This document shows positions 9,815-19,051 of a DNA stretch of 64,000 nucleotides, in pieces. Numbering within the stretch: the first letter of the stretch is position 1; each line of letters starts with the position of its first letter. The notes beneath the pieces are model-generated. The model saw only the letters and a program-made list of their open reading frames with translations, made no database searches and was not told where the DNA came from. Origin of the DNA: Cyanobacteria bacterium P01_C01_bin.118 (lineage in GTDB: Bacteria; Cyanobacteriota; Cyanobacteriia; Phormidesmidales; Phormidesmidaceae); NCBI GenBank assembly GCA_039045805.1, contig JBCCJR010000001.1, positions 317-64,316 of the forward strand. Direction: 5' to 3'. Both the position numbers and the translations under genes were made by a program.

Positions 9815-9985
9815 CTAGCGAACCTGAGCGCCACGATACTTGAGACCGTGGACAGCGCGATTTAGAGTGCCAACGGCTTTTTTAACACGATAGGATGCGC
9901 CGCGATAACAAGCGACATCACCGTCTTCAACGATTACATGGGCTTCAGGTGCAGTGTATTTAACGCCACGATAGGACAGTTGCAT
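9815..9985 (-). CDS. 56-aa DUF4278-family small protein (not in the ORF track)
   Basis: MQLSYRGVKYTAPEAHVIVEDGDVACYRGASYRVKKAVGTLNRAVHGLKYRGAQVR; three YRG motifs; RBS AAGGAGG at 10000-9994. Confidence 0.9.
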   Translation of the reverse strand: MQLSYRGVKYTAPEAHVIVEDGDVACYRGASYRVKKAVGTLNRAVHGLKYRGAQVR

Positions 9986-10026
9986 GGATTTCGCCTCCTT
10001 AAATTAGACGTAGAGAGTTAAGATGA

Positions 10027-10130
10027 GGCGCGTTCCTTCGGTTGGACAGCGAGGCTATCTTTCCTACTTCCGTTCCCAGGAAGATCGACAGCAATTGGTA
10101 GATGCAATCAATCTCGGTAGGAATGAACGT
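10027..10130 (-). ncRNA. Glutamine riboswitch (glnA motif, class I)
   Basis: Minus strand CGTTC(P1)ATTCCTA...TGGGAA(P2)CGGAAGTAGG...(P3)...CCGAAGGAACGCG matches the glnA-motif core and lies 5' of a DUF4278 gene. Confidence 0.9.
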
Positions 10131-10139
10131 TTTCTTTCT

Positions 10140-10153
10140 GTATCTAAATATAC
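10140..10153. promoter_or_regulatory. NtcA binding site GTA-N8-TAC
   Basis: GTA TCTAAATA TAC inside the longer palindrome CTTTCTGTA...TACAGAAAG; overlaps the -10 element. Confidence 0.85.
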
Positions 10154-10176
10154 AGAAAGGAATGTGAGATTGTCAA
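10147..10176 (-). promoter_or_regulatory. Sigma70-type promoter for the riboswitch/DUF4278 transcript
   Basis: TTGACA (10176-10171), 18-nt spacer, TATATT (10152-10147). Confidence 0.75.
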
Positions 10177-10204
10177 CGGTCTTTTATTTTTTTCCGGATC
10201 TTTA

Positions 10205-10329
10205 GTAGGGTGGGCAATTGCCAAGGGGTTTTTCCCTCTCCCCGTCTTCCCCCTCCTCAATTGCCCATGTTAGGCGGGCACAGCTCAATGGTTTCTTCGC
10301 TGATATATGTTGGAAGTTGCCCACCCTAC
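10205..10329. repeat. REPIN-like element (family A) with 13-bp perfect terminal inverted repeats
   Basis: GTAGGGTGGGCAA (10205-10217) and TTGCCCACCCTAC (10317-10329); inner GGGCAATTG...CAATTGCCC pair. Confidence 0.75.
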
Positions 10330-10349
10330 GGCCTGCGGCCCGTTCCCAA

Positions 10350-11153
10350 ATGCATCAAACAATTCCGCCTGAACGTTTTTATCCTTATTTGACCTGGCAG
10401 GATGTTGACCAAATGGCTGATAAGGACCAGGTGGTAATTGTGCAGCCGGTGGGGGCGATTGAACAGCATGGGCCCCATTTGCCGCTGGCGGTGGATACGG
10501 CGCTGGGGATGGCAATTATTGGCAGGGCATTGGAGCAGCTGGAGGCATCGGTACCGGTTTATTGTTTGCCGCCGCTGTGTTACGGCAAATCGAATGAGCA
10601 TTGGGGCTTTCCGGGTACGGTGACATTGTCGGCATCTACGCTGATGGCGGTGCTGACGGATGTGGCGGAGAGTATCTATCGGGCTGGGTTTCGTAAATTG
10701 GTGCTGCTCAATTCCCACGGTGGACAGCCTCAGGTGCTAGATATTGTGGCTCGGGATATACATCAGCGGCGGTCTGATTTTTGGGTTTTTCCTCAGTTTG
10801 TATGGCAGGTACCCCATCAGGTGGGGGATTTGCTCAGCCCCAGGGAACGTCAGGAGGGTATCCATGCTGGCGATGCTGAAACAAGTTTGATGCTGGCAAT
10901 TTTGCCTGATCATGTGCACATGGAGCGGGCGGTGACAGAATATCCGCCTGAACAGGATGGATTGCTTAGTTTAGAAGGAGCATTGCCCTTTAGTTGGACC
11001 ACTCGGGATATTTCTAAAAGTGGCGTGGTAGGAGATGCGACTGCCGCTACCGCAGAAAAAGGTCGGCAGATTCTCGCAGAGGTTGCCAAGGGTTGGGTAA
11101 CGGTTTTGGAAGAAATTTATCAGTTCGAACCACCTCGCCGTTGGGATGAGTAG
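10350..11153 (+). CDS. Creatininase-family amidohydrolase (start moved to ATG 10350)
   Basis: GAIEQHGPHLPLAVD, SNEHWGFPGT, NSHGG, HAGDAETS; the upstream extension in the track is repeat DNA. Confidence 0.9.
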   Translation: MHQTIPPERFYPYLTWQDVDQMADKDQVVIVQPVGAIEQHGPHLPLAVDTALGMAIIGRALEQLEASVPVYCLPPLCYGKSNEHWGFPGTVTLSASTLMAVLTDVAESIYRAGFRKLVLLNSHGGQPQVLDIVARDIHQRRSDFWVFPQFVWQVPHQVGDLLSPRERQEGIHAGDAETSLMLAILPDHVHMERAVTEYPPEQDGLLSLEGALPFSWTTRDISKSGVVGDATAATAEKGRQILAEVAKGWVTVLEEIYQFEPPRRWDE

Positions 11154-11280
11154 TCATGGGGCAGAATGAGGGACATCTGCGCTTGTCTGTGGCAGACCTA
11201 TAGTTTTATGGTCATCGATTGCTGGTCAATGGGACGAATGGTTTGACAGCGGTTATGGGCCTATCCGTTAAGGAGTTTCT

Positions 11281-12030
11281 ATGCTGACTAAAAACAACAC
11301 TGTCGTTGATTCGGAGGAGACATCAGCGGTCGCTCAAAAAATGCTCACAACACTGGCGGTGGATATTGGCGGGAGTGGTACCAAGGTTATTTTGCTGAAC
11401 CATGCAGGCGAACCGATTAGCGAACGGGCCCGGGTAAAAACGCCGTCACCATCTACACCGGAGGCGGTGATGGGTGCGATCGCAAAATTAGCCGCTGATC
11501 AACCTACATTTGACCGAGTTTCAGTCGGATTTCCAGGCGTTGTCCGCCAGGGCATTACCTATACCGCTGTCAATTTACACAGAGACTGGGTGGGGTTTCC
11601 CCTGGCGGAGCGTTTGACCCAGGCACTACAATGCCCTACCCGAGTGGCCAACGATGCAGATATTCAGGGATTTGGTGCAATTTCTGGAGCAGGCGTAGAG
11701 CTGGTGATTACCCTGGGAACTGGCTTTGGGTCCGCCCTCTTTGTCAACGGTCATCTGGTGCCCAACCTGGAAATGGCCCACCATCGTTTTCGTAAAACAG
11801 AATCCTATGAAGAACAGCTAGGTCGAGCGGCCCTGGAAAAAGTTGGCAAGGAAAAGTGGAATCGCCGTCTTAAAAAAGCCATTGACGCTCTGGATCATCT
11901 GTTTAACTTTGATCACCTTTATATCGGCGGCGGCGAAACCAAAAACATTAGCTTTAAGCTGGCCTCTAATATTTCCGTTGTGCCTAACGTGTTGGGACTG
12001 CTAGGGGGAATTGCTCTGTGGCGAGAGTAG
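11281..12030 (+). CDS. ROK-family kinase, polyphosphate glucokinase-like
   Basis: DIGGSGTK, GFPGVV, NDADIQG, ITLGTGFGSAL, PNLEMAH. Confidence 0.85.
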   Translation: MLTKNNTVVDSEETSAVAQKMLTTLAVDIGGSGTKVILLNHAGEPISERARVKTPSPSTPEAVMGAIAKLAADQPTFDRVSVGFPGVVRQGITYTAVNLHRDWVGFPLAERLTQALQCPTRVANDADIQGFGAISGAGVELVITLGTGFGSALFVNGHLVPNLEMAHHRFRKTESYEEQLGRAALEKVGKEKWNRRLKKAIDALDHLFNFDHLYIGGGETKNISFKLASNISVVPNVLGLLGGIALWRE

Positions 12031-12290
12031 GGCGCGGGCTGCCTGGCGATCGCACATCGGGTTTGGTGGGCTTATTCCTTATCGGGTTTAGCGCTCGCAC
12101 TCCCTTTTAGGTAATCAATTAGATTTAATAAAAGAGGGCATCAGTTTGCTGGCTACTTTAGATGTGGCGGGCATGCTGATTAGAGCCGTTCGCAGGTTGT
12201 GCAGGCTCTACCCATCTAGGGCAATTTTCATTTTGACTTCTAACTCGTTTGATTTCTAACGCGAACTCTTATTTATATTGATTATTTAAC

Positions 12291-13808
12291 ATGACTGGCC
12301 AGGCGCAGGATTCGTCGGCAACCCACCATCCAATTATGGGATGGCCGACCATTGCTTTATTCGTAGCGATTTGTTCAATTTATTTGGCCTTTCTAAAGCC
12401 CGGTATCTGGGGTGTAGACGGCAATGACATGCTCTACATGTCCCAGTCCCTGATTGAAAAAGGCAATTTTTCGATTCCGGAAGGGGCTGGGGGTATCCAG
12501 GGACCCGATGGTCAGTTTTACTCCATTCGCTATCCCTTACTACCGATTGTGGCGGTGCCGTTTGTCTGGGCGGGGATGACCGTTGGTAATATGCTCAATC
12601 TGCCAGTGCAGTATACGTCTGCGGCCTGTGGGCTAGTGCTCAATATTTTGCTAACGGCGGCGACGGCTGTGCTGGTTTACGCCCTTACATTACAGCTGGG
12701 GGGTGAGCGGCGCGGGGCGTTTCTGGCCAGCATTGGCTACGCCTTTGGCACGGCGGCCATGGTCTATGCCCGCGAATTTTTTGCGGAACCGCTCCTGGGT
12801 TTTATCATTACCCTGGCGCTATACCTGGCCTTTGGACAGTCCCGCTGGGGGCATTGGGGAACGGGGATACTGGCGGCCTTAGCCATTGCGGCTAAACCGG
12901 CGGGTATCTTGCTGGGGCCTATCATAGCCTTGTATTTTTTACTGCGTCGCTACAGCTGGGACCGGTTCTTAGCCCCCTGCATCGGCACGGTGGTTGGGGT
13001 GTGTCTATATCTTGCATACAACTATGTACGGTTTGGCAGCCTTACGAAATCGGGCCAGGATACGTCCCAGCTGGGGGGGGATGGTTTTTTGCTACGGGCT
13101 TTGGGCCAGTGGATTAGTCCTGGCAGCGGTGGTGGAATGTTTTGGTACTGTCCGCCGACGATTCTAGCGTTGGTAGGTCTCTGGTTGCTATGGCGGCGTC
13201 GCAGATTAGAATTTGTAGCTGTGGCTGGCATCGTGGCAAGTTTTTGGCTCCTCCACAGCGGTTGGGACTTTAATGGTTGGAACTGGGGACCTCGATTTTT
13301 GGTACCCATCATTCCGGCGCTGATGGTGAGTGTGGGACTGTTGGGTAAACCCTGGCGGCTGCCCGTAATGGTGCTAATTGTGTTGGGGTTTCTGGCCAAT
13401 GCCCCCACGCTGCTGACGTTTTATCAACGCTATTTTGCTGAGGTGGCCGATCTCGACACGGACTTACTGATGCAAACTGTCTCTCTCTGGAGTGAGCCCT
13501 CCCAGGCCCCCATTTTTAATCTGTGGGCAGCGGCGGGACGACAGCTGTCGGATGCCTTTAGCACCCCCGTGCAAGAAATTATTAGTAATGTGGGGCAGCC
13601 GCCACCGCTGGGAGAACTGTCTAAGGCAGAACTGCTGAGGATTGTGGCGGTGTGGTGGTGGTTTTTGCCCGCAGCTGGGATTCCCACATGGGTGGGTGTT
13701 GCGATCGCATTCACCATGGTGAGTATTGGCATTGCCCTGCTGCGAGTCAGCTGGCTGATCGGGCTGAAACCCCCGATTCAGATACAATCGAGCAAAATAC
13801 CCTTTTAA
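12291..13808 (+). CDS. Polytopic membrane protein, probable GT-C fold glycosyltransferase
   Basis: Many TM helices; acidic motif VDGND after TM1, FFAEP, KP and WGPRFLVP motifs typical of PMT/ArnT-like enzymes. Confidence 0.65.
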   Translation: MTGQAQDSSATHHPIMGWPTIALFVAICSIYLAFLKPGIWGVDGNDMLYMSQSLIEKGNFSIPEGAGGIQGPDGQFYSIRYPLLPIVAVPFVWAGMTVGNMLNLPVQYTSAACGLVLNILLTAATAVLVYALTLQLGGERRGAFLASIGYAFGTAAMVYAREFFAEPLLGFIITLALYLAFGQSRWGHWGTGILAALAIAAKPAGILLGPIIALYFLLRRYSWDRFLAPCIGTVVGVCLYLAYNYVRFGSLTKSGQDTSQLGGDGFLLRALGQWISPGSGGGMFWYCPPTILALVGLWLLWRRRRLEFVAVAGIVASFWLLHSGWDFNGWNWGPRFLVPIIPALMVSVGLLGKPWRLPVMVLIVLGFLANAPTLLTFYQRYFAEVADLDTDLLMQTVSLWSEPSQAPIFNLWAAAGRQLSDAFSTPVQEIISNVGQPPPLGELSKAELLRIVAVWWWFLPAAGIPTWVGVAIAFTMVSIGIALLRVSWLIGLKPPIQIQSSKIPF

Positions 13809-13832
13809 CGCCCGCCCACCCAGCATCTTCCT

Positions 13833-14816
13833 ATGAAACTGATTATTCAAATTCCCTGTTACAACGAGGAAAATACCCTGGGGGTGACGCTGGCAGAACT
13901 CCCCAGGCAGGTAACCGGTGTGGACCGGGTGGAGTGGTTGATCATCAACGATGGCAGTGTGGATCGCACCGTGGATGTGGCTAAGGAGTGGGGGGTGGAC
14001 CATGTAGTGAATTTTGACCATAACCAGGGGTTGGCCCGTGGATTTATGGCCGGGTTAGACGCCTGTCTCAAGGCGGGGGCCGACATCATCGTCAATACTG
14101 ATGCTGATAATCAATACTGTGCAGCGGATATTCCCAAGCTGATTGAGCCCATTCTCCACGGCGATGCAGAAATTGTGGTGGGTGAGCGGCCCATTATGCA
14201 GATTCAACATTTTTCCCCCATCAAAAAGCTATTACAGCGGCTGGGGAGCTGGGCTGTGCGGGTGGCGAGTAATACATCGGTTGCCGATGCCCCCAGCGGC
14301 TTTCGGGCCATCAGTCGTGATGCGGCGATGCAGCTCAATGTCTTTAACGAGTATACCTACACCTTAGAAACCATTATCCAGGCAGGGCAAAAGGGGATGG
14401 CGGTGACATCTGTGCCCATCCGCACCAATGGCTATTTGCGACCGTCGCGGTTGGTAAAGAGCATTGCTTCCTATGTGCAGCGATCTCTATTTACGATTCT
14501 GCGCATCTTTATTACCTATCGGCCCCTATCATTTTTTACGATTTTAGGAGCGATTCCCTTTAGTCTTGGTTTTTTGCTTAGCGTCCGCTGGGTGTGGCTG
14601 TTTATGACCACATTTGAGCAAACGGGACGTAGCCATGTGCCCAGTCTGATCTTTTCAGCCATCTTGATTTTGGTCGGCGTTCAGTGCTGGATCTTTGGTC
14701 TAATTGCTGACCTGATGTCGGCGAATCGAAAACTGTTGGAGGATATTCAACTGCGTCTACGGCGATCGGAAATTGAAGATCATATGAAAAAGCATCGAGA
14801 GAAAGAGGTTCGGTAA
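13833..14816 (+). CDS. GT2 glycosyltransferase (polyprenol-phosphate glycosyltransferase-like) with two C-terminal TM helices
   Basis: IPCYNEE, NDGSVD, DADNQY, SGFRA. Confidence 0.9.
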   Translation: MKLIIQIPCYNEENTLGVTLAELPRQVTGVDRVEWLIINDGSVDRTVDVAKEWGVDHVVNFDHNQGLARGFMAGLDACLKAGADIIVNTDADNQYCAADIPKLIEPILHGDAEIVVGERPIMQIQHFSPIKKLLQRLGSWAVRVASNTSVADAPSGFRAISRDAAMQLNVFNEYTYTLETIIQAGQKGMAVTSVPIRTNGYLRPSRLVKSIASYVQRSLFTILRIFITYRPLSFFTILGAIPFSLGFLLSVRWVWLFMTTFEQTGRSHVPSLIFSAILILVGVQCWIFGLIADLMSANRKLLEDIQLRLRRSEIEDHMKKHREKEVR

Positions 14817-14848
14817 CGTCTGTTCTTCTCTAATGGGCCTGCTTCTTT

Positions 14849-14869
14849 GGTGGGCCATGCCCACCCTAC
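14849..14869. repeat. REP-like palindrome (family A)
   Basis: GGTGGGCCATGCCCACCCTAC. Confidence 0.75.
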
Positions 14870-14879
14870 GCCCTTTTAT

Positions 14880-16478
14880 ATGAAAGACTTATTTGCTAAG
14901 GCTGCCCTCGATCAGATTCCTAAGGTTTTAACGTTGCAGGACCGTAACCCCCACAGTCCTAACTATGGCTGCTTTGACCGTAACTACTGGCAGTACAAAA
15001 TTATTGATTTTCCTAGTGGGATGTCCCAGGAATTTGTGTGGCCCCTGGCACTGGTGTATGACATGCCGTTGCCGGATAATCCGTTTTATCGACAGCCCAA
15101 CATCAAAGCTTGGGTCGAAGCGGGGATTCTATTTGCTGCAAAGAGCTCTCATCCCGATGGCTCCTGTGATGATTATTTTCCCTTTGAGCGGGCGGGTGGT
15201 GCAGCGGCATTTTCGCTACTGGCCTGTTTGGAAAGCTATCGGTTATTGAAGCTGGAAAATCAGCAGTTGCTAAAGTTTTTTGAAACGCGGGCTGACTGGC
15301 TGGCCCACCATCAGGAAAGTGGTCGTTTGACCAATCACCAGGCGCTGATTGTGCTGTGTTTAGAACTGGCGTCGCGGGTGCTAAATATCCAGAAATGGCA
15401 GGGGGCGATTCAGCAACGTTTGGAGCAGGTGCTGTCCTGGCAAGATTCTGAGGGCTGGTTTCAGGAGTATGAGGGCTGCGATCCGGGATATCACACCCTG
15501 ACCATTGCTTGTTTGGCACGGGTGTATGATTTGGGCGATCGCAAAGATGAGAAACTGAGAGATGCTGTTGCAAACGGTGTGCGCCTCGCCAGCCACTTTG
15601 TCCATCCCGACGGGTCCTACGGCGGCGAATATACCAGCCGCAACACCTATAACTATTTTCCCCACGGCTTTGAGCTAGTGGGTCGCTGGATGCCTGAAGC
15701 CCTGAGTATCAACGACCGCTTTCTTAAAGGACTAAAAAACGGCTGCGGTTCTTGCTATGCCGACGATCACATTGTTGGCCATCACACCTGGAACTACCTA
15801 CTCACCTGGAAAGACTTTGTCGATGTGCGCCCCCCCACTCAACCGCCCCACGAAGGGCGAGTGTGGTATCCCAATGCCCGCATTCTGATTGACCAGCGGG
15901 ATGACACTAAACTCTACCTGGCATTAAACAAAGGAGGAGCCTTTAAGTTTTTTCGCAACAGCGAGCTAGTGCTGTCTGATACCCAGTTTTCTCTGCAGGT
16001 GAGAGACAGCGGCAAAGTGAAAAACGCTGTGGGTCATCTGGTGGGAGATTACCAATACGACATTCAAGATAACCAAATCACCATCGAAGGTCCCCTGGGC
16101 TGGGCCAAACAAAAACAGATGACGCCGTTGAATCTCATGATTCTGCGAGTAGTGATGTTAACCGTTGGCCGCTTTTTCCCAAACCTGATTCGTAAGTTGT
16201 TGCAAAAGATGCTGATCACGGGCAAAAATGATGCCCCTTTCAAGTTCCGGCGAGAGTTTCAGTGGCAGAATGGTTCCTGGTTGTTGAAAGATACGCTGAT
16301 GGCTACCGGTGGTTGGAAGAATGTTTTGACGGCAGGCATTGGCTGTGACCAAACGTCGATTTATGTGGTGATGAGTCGCACATTTCAAGCTGGACAGCTC
16401 CAGCCCTGGAAAGACTTAACCGGTGAAATTAATTCACTCTCTTCGGATAAATCCTTGGAGGTGGAACGGCGACTGTAA
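14880..16478 (+). CDS. Uncharacterised soluble protein, probable (alpha/alpha) toroid of heparinase II/III or lyase type
   Basis: Long ORF inside the GT operon; TNHQA and QDSEGWFQEYEGCDPGYH recall lyase NH and DG..E...YH motifs; start moved to ATG 14880. Confidence 0.6.
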   Translation: MKDLFAKAALDQIPKVLTLQDRNPHSPNYGCFDRNYWQYKIIDFPSGMSQEFVWPLALVYDMPLPDNPFYRQPNIKAWVEAGILFAAKSSHPDGSCDDYFPFERAGGAAAFSLLACLESYRLLKLENQQLLKFFETRADWLAHHQESGRLTNHQALIVLCLELASRVLNIQKWQGAIQQRLEQVLSWQDSEGWFQEYEGCDPGYHTLTIACLARVYDLGDRKDEKLRDAVANGVRLASHFVHPDGSYGGEYTSRNTYNYFPHGFELVGRWMPEALSINDRFLKGLKNGCGSCYADDHIVGHHTWNYLLTWKDFVDVRPPTQPPHEGRVWYPNARILIDQRDDTKLYLALNKGGAFKFFRNSELVLSDTQFSLQVRDSGKVKNAVGHLVGDYQYDIQDNQITIEGPLGWAKQKQMTPLNLMILRVVMLTVGRFFPNLIRKLLQKMLITGKNDAPFKFRREFQWQNGSWLLKDTLMATGGWKNVLTAGIGCDQTSIYVVMSRTFQAGQLQPWKDLTGEINSLSSDKSLEVERRL

Positions 16479-16487
16479 ATTTGTTTT

Positions 16488-16558
16488 GGTAGGCATTGCA
16501 TGAATGCCCCTACCTTATTGTCCACTGCCCACTGTCTGGCGGGCCTTGCCCGCCCTCC
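16488..16558. repeat. Degenerate REP-like palindromes (family A)
   Basis: GGTAGGCATT...AATGCCCCTACC and GGCGGGCCTTGCCCGCCCTCC. Confidence 0.6.
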
Positions 16559-16561
16559 TAT

Positions 16562-17509
16562 ATGAAACGTTTTATATCTATCTTTGTAAGCACGTTGATT
16601 CTGGTGATCTTGTACAACAAGATTAACTTTCCAGAATTGATCCAGGTTTTTCGAGACTGCAATCCGTTTTGGATGGTGGTTAGCCTGGGAATGGTCATAC
16701 CCATTACGTTTTTCACTGGCTGGCGACTAAAACAGCTGATTCCGGTGCAGGCCAAGCTCAGTATTTGGGAAGCCAACAAACTTATTTTGGCGGCTAGCGT
16801 GTTGAATATGGTGCTGCCGTCAAAAATGGGAGACATTGCCAAGTCCTATTTTATGAAAGAGAGAGGCAACCTCAGTGGCACGCTGTCTCTCTCTATTGTC
16901 ATATTTGAAAAAGCCTGCGATATGCTGTCACTGCTGCTGTGGTGCGCCTTTGGCCTGATACTTTACCCCCAAAAAGACGCATTCTTTTGGACCATGACAG
17001 CGGGTATTATTGGTGGCTTGGTGTTTGGTCTGCTGATGCTGGGGTCTAAGGGCTTTGCTCGAACCGGCTTTACCATCATGCAAAAGATTGCCCCTGGCAA
17101 AATTGGCAAAAAGCTAGCCTCTTTTCAAGACTCCTGGGATGAAATGCACGATTACTTTTGGGGTAATCCATCACAGCTAAGTCGAATTGCTGGCATGTCG
17201 ATTTTTGTGTGGTTTTTGCATTTATTGCAAATCTGGCTTTTTATTTTGGCCCTAAACGCCTGGGCACCGCCAGTGATTAGTTTTGCCCTGGCTCCCCTAG
17301 CTATTTTGGCGGGCCTACTTCCCCTTACGTTTGCTGGTGTCGGTACCCGTGACGCTGCCTTAGTTGCCCTCTATGCCCCTTACTTTAGTGCTGCAACCGG
17401 GGCCGCCTTAGGGGTACTCTGTACATCGCGCTATTTCCTGCCTGCCATTGGCGGACTCCCCTTCCTAAATCAATACTTGAACACCGTTAAACAATTCAAA
17501 AAAGCTTAA
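16562..17509 (+). CDS. Lysylphosphatidylglycerol-synthase TM / UPF0104 flippase-like membrane protein
   Basis: LNMVLPSKMGDIAK, EKACD and LPLTFAGVGTRDAA motifs; polytopic. Confidence 0.85.
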   Translation: MKRFISIFVSTLILVILYNKINFPELIQVFRDCNPFWMVVSLGMVIPITFFTGWRLKQLIPVQAKLSIWEANKLILAASVLNMVLPSKMGDIAKSYFMKERGNLSGTLSLSIVIFEKACDMLSLLLWCAFGLILYPQKDAFFWTMTAGIIGGLVFGLLMLGSKGFARTGFTIMQKIAPGKIGKKLASFQDSWDEMHDYFWGNPSQLSRIAGMSIFVWFLHLLQIWLFILALNAWAPPVISFALAPLAILAGLLPLTFAGVGTRDAALVALYAPYFSAATGAALGVLCTSRYFLPAIGGLPFLNQYLNTVKQFKKA

Positions 17510-17641
17510 GCATCAAGACTTATACAGGAACGTGCAGGGCACTGTCCCATTTAGTCTTGGTATACCTGGGCATAAAGCCCCAAAGAAATAGCCGACCATG
17601 ACTGATAGTTTTACAGCGTCCCCTTCGACGCTGCTCAGAAA

Positions 17642-18346
17642 ATGCTGGTTGGATATCAGCGCCTATGCTTAGGCTTCCTTCGGATGAGAAACTCCCAGAT
17701 ATTTTGTCTCCTAGTCGTCACTGCCATAGTCATAGTCAACATCCTAGGACTTCTATCTTTTGCATGGATAGTCATTCCATCATGGCAGAAAAACTTAGAA
17801 CAGTTTCAGTGGGCAATATGGTGTTTAAATTTAGTGATTGCCATCCTTGTTGGGATATGGGTTTTTAGGCGTACTATCAACACCAGGTCACGGCCTACCA
17901 CCAATCGCAAGTCCATAACGTCAAAGGCTGCAGCCATCAGCGCAGGGGGCATTTTAACTGTCTATCTGTTGCCAGTGACGCTTATTTTATTTGTTATGGC
18001 TGTAGCCATTTACCTAAAAAACTCACCTTCATGTCTCTTCTACTGTAGCGAAAGGTTCACAAGTATTGAGCTTTCTCGCCCCAAGAAAACTATTCACTTC
18101 ATGAAACGAGAAGAGATGGATGGTTATACATACATTCACAATGTTTACATTTAAACAAGCAACAGCCTATTTATGAAGGAGATTTCTCGAATCACAAAAG
18201 ATTCTTTGGATAGATCAGAGTTTCAACAACATTACCAGCTTCTCAGAAAGCTAGAGCACAGTTGCGTATCTGATGAACCCATGGTGCTGATTTATAACCA
18301 AAAAACTGGAGAGATCAATCTGGTTGAAACAGGTCTTTTTGAATAA
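17642..18346 (+). pseudogene. AT-rich membrane protein gene apparently split by an in-frame TAA at 18152-18154
   Basis: A 170-aa ORF with three hydrophobic segments; the same frame continues 63 sense codons to TAA 18344-18346. Confidence 0.45.
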
Positions 18347-18484
18347 GCCCAGCACCGTTGACATCGCCGCTCCCTCCATTGCTACAAATATTTTCACTTC
18401 GAGCAACGAATTTTATTCGCCCTTTAAGCTGATCTAAGCCTGCGGCGGGCCTGGCCCCCCAACGATGCAATCGGGGATGTATTC

Positions 18485-18817
18485 GTGTACCAACTACTGC
18501 AACTGATCCATGCCATATTGCTGTATGCCATGACCTGGCTACAGCCCTACCTTGGCCCCATCTGCATCATCATCGCCTGGTCCATGGTTGCCCTAGGCAT
18601 CTGGCAAGTGGTGGCCGCCACCCGCGACGGCATCCAGCGCGCCCAGACCATGCATCAAATTCCCTGCGCAGACTGTAGTTTTTTTACCAACCAGGCTGTG
18701 CTCAAGTGTCCGCTACATCCCAGTCAGGCTATGTCAGAAGAGGCCATCGACTGCACAGACTTTGAAACAGCTAATCCTACCCTGGCAGCCTATCAGCGCT
18801 TAAAAACATCGGACTAA
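18485..18817 (+). CDS. Cyanobacterial-type hypothetical protein: TM helix plus Cys-rich motif
   Basis: HQIPCADCSFF...LKCPLHP...EEAIDCTDF, with four Cys as a likely metal site. Confidence 0.75.
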   Translation: MYQLLQLIHAILLYAMTWLQPYLGPICIIIAWSMVALGIWQVVAATRDGIQRAQTMHQIPCADCSFFTNQAVLKCPLHPSQAMSEEAIDCTDFETANPTLAAYQRLKTSD

Positions 18818-19051
18818 GAAATAAACAAGGTCTGACCGGTGCACCCATCCACAAATCAGAATTTATTCAGGGGAGTTTAATCTGACTAGATTAAGATTGT
18901 CTAGAAGTTAGGCTGTGCTTTACACGTTAGTCAAACTAAACCAAATATTCTGTAGTAGGCTCTGATTTTTTTGATTGCCGGTGTCAATCAGGGGCAATCT
19001 GTTCATTAAGGCTGGTGTGCGGAGCTACTGGATCATGTATGGAATGCTGCG

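Noticed and set aside
10023-10205. 60-aa plus-strand ORF in the track
   Set aside because: It is antisense to the glutamine riboswitch and its promoter, and has no protein-like features
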